Shown here one piece after another: positions 1 to 12,107 of a DNA stretch of 64,000 bases. The position numbers and the translations under genes were made by a program. The notes under the pieces were generated by a model that saw nothing but the letters and a program-made list of their open reading frames with translations, did not search any database and was not told the origin of the DNA. Position 1 is the stretch's first letter; every line of letters begins with the position of its first letter. Origin of the DNA: the human T2T-CHM13v2.0 reference genome, Homo sapiens. Location: assembly GCF_009914755.1 (NCBI RefSeq), contig NC_060927.1; one strand, 5' to 3'.

Positions 1-300
1 TCTAAGTGTGTCCATTGTATCCTGAAGTTTTGATTGTTTTTTATTTATGCTATCTATTTCATTGAATATTTCTCCCTTCACTTCTTGTATTCTTTTTTGG
101 ATTTCCTTGCATTGGGCTTCACCTTTCTGTAGTGCCTCCCTGATTAGCTTAATAACTAACATTCTGAATTCTTTTTCAGGTAAATCAGAGATTTCTTCTT
201 GGTTTGGATCCATTGCTGGTGAACTAGGGTGATTTTTTGGTGGTGTTAAAGAGTCTTGTTTTGTCATATCACCAGAGTTGGTTTCCTGGTTTCTTCTCAT
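1..300 (-). pseudogene. L1 ORF1p N-terminal 100 codons, open to the window edge
   Basis: Manual translation: MRRNQETNSGDMTKQDSLTPPKNHPSSPAMDPNQEEISDLPEKEFRMLVIKLIREALQKGEAQCKEIQKRIQEVKGEIFNEIDSINKKQSKLQDTMDTLR, with no stop. Confidence 0.85.
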
Positions 301-1585
301 TTGGGTAGGCTCTGTCAGCAGGAAGGTCTAGGGTTGAATTTTGTTGTTCAGATCCTTTTGTCCCATGGGGTGTTCCCTTGATGTAATACTCTCCCCATTT
401 TCCTATAGATGTAGCTTCCTGTGAGCTGAGCTGCAGTGATTGTTGTCCCTCTTCTGGGTCTAGCAGCCCAGCAAGTCTACTAGGCTCCAGGCTGGTACTG
501 GGGATTGTCTGCACAGAGTCCTGTGATGTGAAACATCTATGAGTCTCTCAGCCATGCATACCAGCACCTGTTCCAGCAGAGGTGGCAAGGAGGTGAAATG
601 GACTCTGTGAAGGTTCTTAGTTTTGGTGGTTTAATGCTCTATTTTTGTGCTGGTTGGCATCCTGCTAGGAGGTGGCACTCTCCAGACAGCATCAGCTGTG
701 GTAGTATAGAGAGGAACTAGTGATGGGCAAGGCCCACAACTAAAACTCCCAAGATTACATGCCCTCTGTTTTCAGCTACCAGCATGAATATGAAAGGCCC
801 ATCAGGTGGGGCAGGGCTAGGCATGTCCATGCTCAGACCCTCCTTGGGCAGGTCTTGCTGTGGCTGCTGTGGGGTATGGGGGTGATGCTCCCAGGTCAAT
901 GGAATTGTGTACCTAGGAGGATTATGGCTTCCTCTGCTAATTCATGCAGGTTGTCAGGGAAGTGGGGGAAAGTGAACAGTCACGGGCCTCACCCAGCTCC
1001 CTTGCAAATCGAAGGGCCGGTCTCACTACCACTATGCTCCCCTAACAGCCCTAAGTCTGTTTCCAGGCAGTGGGTGAGCAGGGCTTGAGAACTTGCCCCA
1101 GGCTACCTGCCTCCTACCTGCAAAAAAAAAGTGCTTGGTGTTTCCCCTGCCTGTGGAGTCTGCACACCAGATTTACGCCCTCCCTTGAGTTCTGGCCGGG
1201 AGGCTTCTTTCCCAGTTCAAATTGTTAACTAAGTTCAACTGGAGACTACCATCTCCCTATGGTGTTTTCCCCTGCTCCTCTGGCTGTAATGGCCTGCTTG
1301 GGGTCCGAGTGAGCTCCCAGGGCCTTTCCTGCTGCTTCCTCTACCCCTGTATTTCACTCGGCTCTCTGAATTGACTCAGCTCCAGGTAAGGTGGGAAACT
1401 TCTCCCTTCAGTTTCTCTAGTCAAGCTGTGTGTTTGGGAGAGGAGGATGTCTCTCTTCCTCACTTCTGCAGTTGGGGAACTCACAGTATTTGGGGTGTCC
1501 CCCAGGTCCTGAAAGAGCAGTTTGTTTCCTTCGGAGGGTCTGTGGATCCTCTTGGGATTGCTGGTTTGTTCTTGCCAGAAAGTTG
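1..1585 (-). mobile_element. LINE-1 (L1PB/L1PBa-like) 5' UTR plus start of ORF1; continues past the window start
   Basis: Minus strand from the ATG at 300 reads as an L1 ORF1p N-terminus. The upstream ~1.28 kb is GC-richer and resembles the L1PB 5' UTR. Confidence 0.85.
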
Positions 1586-1711
1586 ATATTTTTAACACTC
1601 CCCAGGCTAATATAATATGCATCCAGCGTTAAGTACCACTGTGATACAGCAATAAGGCAGGAAGTCTTTCTTGGGGAAATCATAAGGAACAGAAGTCTAG
1701 AGTCTAAATTC

Positions 1712-1919
1712 TATTCTGACAATATAGTGGCTAGTCATCACATGTGGTTACATAAATTTTAATTTAAATGAATGTAATTAAAATTTAAAATTGTACTACT
1801 TAATCATTCTGGTCACATTCTGCATACTCAGCAAGCACATGGAGCTAGTGACTATAGTATTGAACAACTTAGATATCTCATATTTCCATCATCACAGAAC
1901 ATTCAATTGGACAGTGCTG
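1712..1919 (-). mobile_element. MER3-like hAT-Charlie MITE
   Basis: Ends in catcatcacagaacattcaattggacagtgctg, matching the reverse complement of the MER3 terminus; internal cacatgtgg and ctagtg motifs. Confidence 0.75.
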
Positions 1920-2056
1920 GTATGTTAGGTACAGAGCTCTGTCCCTGCATGACTAGTCAAACTTAGAGGCTTTAGATTTGGTTTTATTAAGACAGCCAAT
2001 GGTTTTCTCTAAGGGGTGCAAAAGTGGTGTACACAGAAATCTGTATATATAATTTA

Positions 2057-2061
2057 TGTGC

Positions 2062-2100
<39 letters not shown>

Positions 2101-2119
2101 GGAGAGAGGGAGAGAGAGA
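2057..2119. repeat. Compound (TG)n(AG)n microsatellite
   Basis: Directly visible. Confidence 0.95.
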
Positions 2120-4015
2120 ATAATGGTGATAGTCTCACTTCTTAGGCCCTGTGAAATGTACAGTGATCTAAAATTGTGGCATATTATTATAAGGCTGATG
2201 TAACACAGAAATTGTCAGGAAGGACTTACTGTCCTTAAAAGCCTATTTGTAGAAATTTTTCCAATTAATCAGTGTTTATTGTTTTTATGTTTCTTCCCAA
2301 AAGTACTCTCTCTAATGTCATTACTATTGATTTTCTCCCTGTGGGTCCCTGATTTATCTGGCTTTTGTCCTGGAATGGTTTCATAGCTAAGGAAGAAATC
2401 ATGACCAATAGTTTTGTAAACTATTTTCAAAGATGTCACTGTCAACCTCAAAATCTAAACCTATAACCTAGATTTTTCTTCAGCATACTGCCAACAGAAG
2501 GCTACAAAAATATTTCAAGGAAGAAACACAAATAGTCAAAAGGGAATTATTTTGTGTCATAAAAACATCTCTGTGTTGTTACATAAGGAAAAAAATTAAG
2601 TTTTTGCAGCAGTGATTTTATTATTTAGCTAATCAGTGTAAACTGTGAAGACAACATTTTATGCTTACCAAATATGTAATTTAATGAATGACATGAAGCA
2701 TGTGAGAAAAACCAACCAATTCTTTTTAATCATTACTCTTATTATTTTAAAGATCAATGCTTATCTATGGGGAAGGATGTTTTGCTGTTTCCTTTCCATG
2801 GGGTACCTGAGAAAGGCAGACTCTAAGAAAATAATTTTCTGACTCTAATTTTCTAACTCTGACTCTAATTTTCATTGAATAAAAAATATAAATACTTGTT
2901 GATAAAAAAAGGATTAAGGACTATTCTGAATACCCTAATACAATGTTCATCTTGTTTTCATTTTATGGAACTAAGGAAAGGGACAAAATTTCCAATTTCT
3001 TTATCATATTTTGACCTTGGTGTGTTTTTATACATAGAAATTTTGCAAGGTATAAGAGACAGAGAACAATATTGATTGAATTTAATAGTGGCCTCAATAA
3101 TTACAAGAGCTTCCCTAAAACTGAACCTCTTCGAGCAGTGAAAGAGAGCAAACACAGAGAAAAAAAGTTTTCCTTAATAAGCTAAATGATAATAGCTTTC
3201 AAGTACACAGCATTCACACATTAAAAATGCTTTCACAGTGGTTTTCTATTCTGCATGTAAGAAGCTGGGAAGTCACCACTCTGTCCTAACAAGTGAAAAA
3301 CTCAACAACTAAAAATGTAATAGCTTCTCTGAACTAGAGAAGTGAAGTCGCAGGAAAAACAACTGCCTCAAAATTGAAGAGATGGGAAAATGCAGAGAAT
3401 CACAACTTATTGGAGAAGAAATCCAGCAAATTAAAACTTTGTGAGAACCAGTACTGGAGCAGGAAAACCTGAACTGGAATTAACAAATCATTGAAGGCTC
3501 ATTGTGGCAGCTCTGAGAACCAAATATGGCCGGACAACTGAATCAGAGGGGCCCCCTACTTTTGTGTTTTACCTCCAGAAGCTTCACCAGATTCTCACAG
3601 TAAATATTATAGAGAAATTTCCTTACATTTCCAGTAGAGAGTGGGGAAAAAGAATCATTTTGAAATTTTCCAGGGCATTCTATTCTTTGTAACGAGGACT
3701 GTCTTCAAGAGGTTTTCTTTTAACAGAGTCTAAACTATTGGAATTTTTGTTTCAGAGCCCAATCAATGTGGGGGAAGAGAAATATCCGACTCCAGACCAT
3801 TCTACCAGCCTATTCCATCTAAAGTAGGATGGGAGAATTGAGTAACACTTGTGAAGTACACAGCTCAGAGGTACAGGCTCACTAAAAACTAAGATCTAAT
3901 CATGGAACCATAGAATGCTTTCCCTTTCCTTACCCTTTACCACCACATTACTAAAGCCTATTTAATACAAATCCTCTGACTCAGTACATAATGTTCAGCT
4001 ATGAAGAAGAAATTA

Positions 4016-4197
<182 letters not shown>

Positions 4198-5265
4198 TAC
4201 AAGTAATTCTAAAAGGCAAACAAAACAAGCAAAAAAGCCAACACAGTTTGTAGAGATGTAACAAGCATCAGAAGCAGACTCAGATATGGCAGTGATGTTG
4301 AAATTATCAGATCAAGCATCTAAAACAACTATTATTAATATGCTTGAATGTGTAAAGTAGACAGCAAGTAAGAAAAAATGAACAGAGAGATAGAAATTCT
4401 GAGAAATATTTTTTAAATGCTAAAGATCAAAGGGACTATAACAAAAAAGATAATATACTTGATGAGCAAATCAGTAGACTGGACACAGCTAAGAATAAAA
4501 GAAATCTGGGCTTGAGAATATCTCAATTAAAACTTCCAAATTAGAAAATCAAAGAGAAGAAAGAGTGATAAAAAGTTCCCACAGAATACCCAAGAATGAA
4601 AGATATTTACAAAATGTGTTATATACATATGAGGATAACGAAAAAAAAATGGGGAAAAGAAGAAAATAATACTTGAATTAATGATGCCTGAGAATTTCTC
4701 CAAACTAATGTCAGATACCAAATCACAGATATAGAAAGCTCAGAGAACACAAAGCAGGATACATTTAAAAAAATCCTACACCTAGGCACCTTCTGCAGTC
4801 AAACTGAAGAAAATAAAAAATAAATAAAAAGTCTTAAGCGAAGTCAGGGGGCTTGGGGGACCTTAGAGGAGAAAAGACAAAAATTACATCTTACTTGTCT
4901 CCAGAACACATACAATAAAAAGAGAATGGGGTGAAATATTTAAAAAGTTGAGAGAGAGAGAAAGCAAAACAAAGAAAAAATGCCAACAACTGGAATTCTG
5001 TATCCTGCAAAATGACCCTTTAAAAGTAAAAGGGAAACGAACATTTTCTCATACAAACGAATGCTGAGAATTTTTTACCAATAGAAGTGCCTCATAAGAA
5101 ATTTAAAAATAATTTCTTCAAAAAAGAGAAAACTATATAGGTGAGAACTTACACAAAGGAAAGAACACTGGAGAATAAATAAGTGAAGGTAAAATAAAAA
5201 CGCTTATTTTTCTTATTTTCAATTGATATAACAGATAATTTGTTCAAAATAATAGCCAAAATGTA

Positions 5266-5335
5266 TTCATATATATGTATGCATATATATGTGTATATAT
5301 AATATATGCATATGTATACATATATATATGTATAA
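5266..5335. repeat. (TA)n/(TATG)n low-complexity tract in the L1 inter-ORF region
   Basis: Directly visible. Confidence 0.85.
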
Positions 5336-8119
5336 TGCATAATAGCAATGATAAGGGAAACATTCAGAGGGAGGAATTAGAAATAATTTTTATTACATGG
5401 TACTCACACTACCCAGGATATGGTATAATGTTGTTAGAAAGTGGAGCCTAAAATGTAATTGGATTAATTGTAAATATATATTACAAACTATAAAACAACC
5501 ATCTAAAAATAGTAAAAAGTAAATAAAACTACAACTGATAGGCTAAGAAACAGGAAATGAAATAATATAAAATGCTCAATTAAAACCACAAAAGACAAAA
5601 ATATGTAAGACAAAATAATAGATATCAATCCAGTTATTTAGATAGTCACTTTAAACCTCAATGGTCTAAAAATTGCAATTAAAAAAGAGAGGTTGTCAGG
5701 GTTGATCAAACAACAAGATCAAACTATATGTTGTCTACAAGAAACCTACTTAAATGTAAGGCACATACATATTATAGTGGATGGATAGAGAAAGATATGA
5801 AGATATACCATGCTAACTCCAATCAAAGGAAAGCAGAACTAGCTATATTAATTCTGTGCAGAGCTGACTTTGGAGCAAGGAAAATTCTCAGGAACAAAAT
5901 GGGACATTACTTAATGATAAATAGGTCGATTATCCATAAATGCTTAATAATCTATAATGTGTAAATGCCTGACAATAGAGCATCAATATGTCTGCTATCA
6001 GAACACAAAGGAATAAACCAAAATGCAATTGAAGAAAGACAACTGGAGATTAAACAACACATTCTAAAATAACACTGGAGATTGAACAACACACTCCTAA
6101 ATAACATATAGCTCGAAGAAGAAATCTAAAAATTTGAAATATTTTGGTAATAGTTACATTTTAGTTTCAAAAATTACTATATAGCAATAGTAATCAAGAC
6201 ATTATGGCACTAGCAATATAATAGACAAATAGATCAGTGGAACAAAAAAAAGGACCCAAGATATAGATCAACATAAATATAGTCAACTGATCCTTGACAA
6301 AAAAAGCTAAAGAAATACAGTTGAATGAAGTTTTTCAGCAAATAGTGTAACAACTGGATGTTCACATACAAAACAAATAAAACTAGAAGTAGACTTTATA
6401 CCCCTCACCAAAATTAACTCAAAACTGAATCATAGACCTAAACGTAAAGTGCAAAATTATAAAACTCTTAGATGATAACATAGGAGAAAACCTTGATGAT
6501 GTCAGTATGGTGATGACTTTTTAAATACAACACCAAAAGCACAATCTATTAAAGAAAAAAATGGAAAATCTGGACTTCATTATCAACTTCTACTCTATGA
6601 AAGACATTGTCCAGAAAATTAGAAGACAAGCCACAGACTGAGAGAAAATATTTGTTATATACATAATAGATAAAAGATTATCCAGAATATAAAAAGTACT
6701 ATTAAACTTTGACAACAAAAAAAGGAAAAACCCAATTCAAAAATTAAGTGTAAGACCTCAGTAAAGAAGATATATAGATGGCAAATAATCATATGAAAAT
6801 ATATGCAACAACATATGTCCTTAAATAATTGCAAATCAAAATAGCAATGAGATACCATTACACACTTATTAGAATAGCCAATATCCAAAACAGTAACAAC
6901 TCGACATGTTGGCTAGGATATAGAGCAATGAGATCTCTCATTCATTGCTGGTGGGAATGCAAAATGGTTCAGCCACATTGGAAAACAGTTTGGTGCCTTC
7001 TTACAAAACTAAACATACTCTTACCAAGCATTTATGCTCCTTAGTATTTATCCAAATGAGTCAAAATCTTATGTCTACACAAAATCCTGCAAACAGATGT
7101 TTGTAGTAGCTTTATTCATAATTGTCAAAACTTGGAAGCAACCCAGATGTCTTTTACTAGGTGAGTGGCTAGATAAACTGTGGTACAGCCAGACAATGAA
7201 ATATTATTCAGAGCTAAAATAAATGAGCTATAAAGTCATAAAAAGACACGGAGGAATACTAAATACATATTATTTCATGAAAGAGGCCAATCTGAATGGC
7301 TATGTACTATATGATTCCAACAATGTAAAATTCTGGAAAAAGCAAAAGTATGAAGACAGTATAAAGATCAGTGGTTGCCAGGGGTTTGGGGGAAGAACGG
7401 GTTAATAGGTAGGGCACAGGATTTTTAGGGTAAGGAGACTATTCTGTATGATATTATAGTGGTGGATATATGCCATTATACATTTTTCAAACCCTTTAAA
7501 ATGTACAATGAAGAGTGAACATGAATGTAAAGTATGGGCTTCTGGTGGTGATGCATCTTGTCTATTTCAACAAATGTACCACTCTGGTGAGGAATTTTGG
7601 TGGTGAAAGAAACTGTGCACGTGTAGGGAAAGAGAGAATATGGGAAATATCTCTGTACCTTTCCCTCAATCTTTTAGAGTAGACCTAAAACTACTCTAAA
7701 AAGTAAAGTCTGTCCTAAAATGCTCTCACATAATTTTCCTGTTTTAATCTTCATACAAATCTCAGAAATTCAACAAGATAGGAATGGTTCTATTTATTTA
7801 ACAGAGGAAATTGAAACTTATATTGGACTATGAAACCGGAAATTACAGTAACTAAACTATAAATGAATTTTCCAATTCTGGTTTAGTGCTCTCTTCATGT
7901 AGCATACTGAAGTTTCTAAAATCTGATATGTCTCAGTGTTTATTGAAATTAGAGAAATTATTGAAATAATTATAAAATTATGTATATTATTTTAAGGAAA
8001 TATGTTAACTGATATTTAAAACACCAAGGTGTGTATACAGTTACATATAAATGTGTGTATCTGTATATATATACACACATTTTTCTAAACATCGAGCCAA
8101 CAAAATTGTGTGTATTTAG

Positions 8120-9380
8120 GTAGGTTGGTGCAAAAGTAATTTTGGTTTTTGCGTTGTTGAAATTTGCCATTTGCTATTGGAATACATTCTTAAATAAATG
8201 TGGTTATGTTATACATCATTTTAATGTGCATTTCTGGCTTTTTTTAGTAACACTGCTTTGCTCTTTATTTTATATTTATTTTAGACTGGACATGATGCTA
8301 GACAAAAAGCGAATTCCAGCGATTTTCTGATTCAAGTTCAAAATGGGTCAGAAAGCAGCAGAGACAACTTGCAACATCAACAACGCATTTGGCCCAGGAA
8401 CTGCCGATGAATGTACAGTGCAGTAATGGTTCAGAAAGTTTTGCAATGGAGACCAGAGCCTTGAACATGAGGAACACAGTGGCTGGCCATTAAAAGTTGA
8501 CAATGACCAATTGGGAGCAATCATCAAAGCTGATCCTTTTACGACTACATGAGAAGATGTCGAAGAACTCAACATTGAACATTCTATGGGTCATTCGGCA
8601 TTTGAAGCAAATTGGAGGGATGAAAAGGCTAGAAAAGTGGGTGCCTCATGAGCTGAGCAAAAATCAAAATAATTGTCATTTTGAAGTGTCATCTTCTCTT
8701 ATTCTGTGCAAAAACAATGAACCATTTCTCTATCAGATAGTGATGTGTGATGACGAGGATTTTATACGAGAACTGGCGATGACCAACTCAGTGGTTGGAA
8801 CAAGAAGCTGCAAAGCACCTCCCAAAGCCAAATTTGTATCAGAAAAATGTCACAGACACTGGTGGTCTGCTGCCTGTTTGACCTGCTACAGCTTTCTGAA
8901 TTCTGGTGAAACCATTACATCTGAAAACTATGATCAGCAATTCAATGAGATGCACCAAAAACTGCAACGTCTGCAGCCGACACTGGTCAACAGAAAGGGC
9001 CCAATTCTTTTCCACGACTATGCTTGACCACATGTCACACAACCAATGCTTCAAAAGTTGAATGAATTGGGCTACCAAGTTTTGCCTCATCTGCCATATT
9101 CACCTGACCTCTCGCCAACCGACTACCACTTCTTCAAGTATCTCAACAACTTTTTGCAGGGAAACCACTTCCACAACCAGCAGGATACAGAAAATGTTTT
9201 CCAAGAGTTCATGGAGTCCCAAAGCATGAATTTTTATGCTACAGAAATAAATATTTCTCATTGGCAAAAATATGTTGACTGTAATTGTTCCTATTTTGGT
9301 TAATAAAGATGTGTTTGAGCCTAGTTATAATTATTTACCATTCATTGTCTGAAACCACAATTATTTTTGTACCAACCTAA
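8120..9380 (+). mobile_element. Hsmar1 mariner DNA transposon, near full length (~1.26 kb) with both TIRs
   Basis: Left TIR taggttggtgcaaaagtaattttggtttt; right TIR aaaccacaattatttttgtaccaacctaa; mariner transposase remnant between them. Confidence 0.95.
8292..9303 (+). pseudogene. Hsmar1 transposase pseudogene (stops and frameshifts)
   Basis: N-terminal MMLDKKRI, WVPHEL, FHDYA and PHLPYSPDLSPTDYHFF motifs lie in different frames; TGA at 8328-8330 and further stops. Confidence 0.93.
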
Positions 9381-11102
9381 GTTAAGTATTATAATGCTTT
9401 TTGTTTGGAATACATGCAAAAGTATGCATTTAATAGAATATAGAGAAGAATAACAGATTTACATTAAGACCACAAAATGGACATGCAAAGCCAACAATAT
9501 ACTTTAACTATTAACATAAATATTAAAATACAGTGAACAACATCCAAACTTATTACTTTTAAACAGTTTTCAGATAGAAAGGGCCACAGATTGAAAGTGA
9601 TGCCATTGTATTAACCATCTTTCTCATAAGTGCACTTGTAGATACACTTTCCCACCAAAATATTATTGTAAAAACCATGCAGTGAGGAGTAGAATTTTAT
9701 TATATATTAAGTGATATCGAACTGGAACTTCTAGGCCCAGCTCAGAGTAACAATAACACGAAAAAGATATTTGTGTGTAAAAGCACATAACAAAGTTCTG
9801 GTAAAAACAATTCACCTGGCTGAGGCTACCATTCTGAACTTTGTAAATCTATGTATATGCAAATATGTATCTAAAATCCCTATAGCTAAAGTTATTGAAA
9901 TTTCTTATTGTAAATATTTTTGCTCATTGTAACACATTGATCTTGTTGCCACTAACAAAAGTGAGAATATCTAACACTGAACAATTTTTGACTCTGTTCT
10001 GTTTTCGTTAGCCCAAGAAGTGTAGTTTTAAGGATTATATTTCCTTGCTAGTTGGCATGCAACTGTAGGCATTTGTTGGGCAAACTTGCCCTTCTCTTTC
10101 ATCCTCCAGTGCCCTGAAAGCCACACCACTTCTCTTATTCAGCCCTGTACTCCAGCAGGTCAGGATCTCCAAATCCATCCTAGGCCTATCTCCTTAAATA
10201 ACCTTCTCCTTTCTCAGTCTTCTGTCTCTCCATATAATTTACCACTCTGCCCCCACTATGCCACAGGCTTCATTTTTCATACACATGAAATTCAAAAGGG
10301 ATGCCTCTCCGTGATTTTGCTCCTGCATCAATATTAAGCCAACACATTGAGTGTGGTATAAAGAACTCAGAGTGAATTTATTTACATTATTGTTCTTTCA
10401 AAATAGGTCTGTTGCTAACAGGTCTCTGGGTATGCATATGAAATTCACAGAGCTATAAAGGGAAAGAAACAAATGCCAGATACACAGCACCAAGCTGAGA
10501 AACCAAATGGTAAGCAGAGACAATGAAGGAGCTGAGCTTAGAGGTTAGCATTGAAACGTAGCCCTGACTGCTATATGGAATATCAAGCATCCTACTGAGT
10601 ATAGAGCATTATATGATTCTCAAGTAATAAAGAAGTTTGGCATCAGTGCCCTCATTGTGGCTGCATATGGTCAACAATTTAAGGAGGAGATGAAATAAGA
10701 AAAAAAGGCATTTTGTAGTCTCCCTCAAAGAAAGAAATGAGTGTTAATATTTTAGCTCTTCTCCCTACCTCATAAGGTTAATTAACTAATAATATAATTA
10801 AAGATGGTGCAAAATATAGTAACTGCCCAAGATAGTCAAAAGAAAAGATAGTGTTTTTATTAAAGGTAATCTAAGATGGCCAAAGAACCAAACCACTACT
10901 GGCGTTTGGTCGTCTGTGTTGAAGGATAGATATTCTGTAAAACGTTTCAGAGAAGCTCTTATCCAGAATTAAAGGAATTGTTCATTTTGCTGTGAGAAAA
11001 CCCTTAAGTGCCTTCAGATATAGTGCAAACTGCTACATCTAAGGAACGCTCAGTGACTTAAGTGTGGAGCAGTGTGCTTCTAGCTTGGAAGCTGGAAGTC
11101 CA

Positions 11103-11172
11103 GTCTTGGGAAACATCACCTTCTGGGTCAGCTGTTGTCTTGGGAAACATCAACTTCTGGGTCAGCTGTTGT
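11103..11172. repeat. 34-bp tandem duplication, 1 mismatch
   Basis: gtcttgggaaacatca(c/a)cttctgggtcagctgtt at 11103-11136 and 11137-11170. Confidence 0.95.
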
Positions 11173-11558
11173 GCACACATACCACAACATCCAGAGCAAC
11201 AGATTATGTGCTGATTATCTTTTCCAGTCACCAGTTTAGAGCTCATGGGGAAAGACAAGGAAAAAGGAAAGGATCAGAATTCCTGCCTGTCCTCCGGTCT
11301 TCAAGCCTCTGCCACAGCTGCTGTATTTTGTCCAAACAAAGAGATTTGAAAATGAACTTTCCAGTTTTATCTTGTATTACTTCCTTGTTCAAAATGTGAT
11401 CTCCCATCCCCATCCCTGTATCTCCAAAGATTTTAATAAGAATTGTAACTATTTTGGCAATTTGAAATCACTATTTCTGAAGTAGGTTAGAGTGCTTGTA
11501 TAAGTCTCCCAGAAAGATTATTTGTAGTTAGACAGGAAGAATTTGTTTTTTATTTAAA

Positions 11559-12107
11559 TGTAAACGGATATATTTGAAGCAGACTCACTGTGCATTGGTT
11601 ATCACCTTGTCTGAGTCTGATAATGTAGAGCATACTCATACACAACACATTACCAAAGTGGATTTATTATTTACAGATTGGCAGTAAGGGACAAAAGAAG
11701 CATCAAATTCATCAGGAGCCAGTTCCTCAAAGCTCAAGAAATCTGCCTGGGGCAGATAGAGTCTACACTGCATGTGACCCAATTTGCACCAGAACTAAGG
11801 GAGCCCCACAGGCAGCCTGCCAGGGTTATATACATCAGGGGCACCGGGACTCACTGGCAAAGCCTTGAAGGATATCCCTCTTCCAGAGGAGAGAGGAACA
11901 AAGCTTAAGCTGTCTCAGGCAGTTGCTCCCTAACTCAAGATGTTACATTCCCTAAGAGTAATAGGAACAAGGTCCCAACTGTTTGAGGCAGCTCCTCCCT
12001 ATCTGAGGCATTGCATTCTGGGCATATTCTAGTTATTCTTGAGAACCACAGGCAAGAAAGTGCAGTGACCTGGGTCAGTCCAAGGCCACCTGGAGGACTG
12101 CTCTGCA
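11559..12107 (-). mobile_element. ERVL solo LTR of the MER54/MER74/LTR53 group
   Basis: Minus strand starts tgcagagcagtcctccaggtggccttggactgacccagg and includes ttctcaagaataact...agaatatgc, typical of this group; TG...CA termini. Confidence 0.7.

Noticed and set aside
759-1088. 109-aa antisense ORF in the L1 5' UTR as ORF0
   Set aside because: ORF0 is described for younger L1PA 5' UTRs; this UTR is L1PB-type and the peptide does not resemble ORF0.
8497-9303. 176-aa and 85-aa ORFs as SETMAR or an active transposase gene
   Set aside because: They are frameshifted fragments inside a TIR-bounded Hsmar1, with premature stops and no SET domain.
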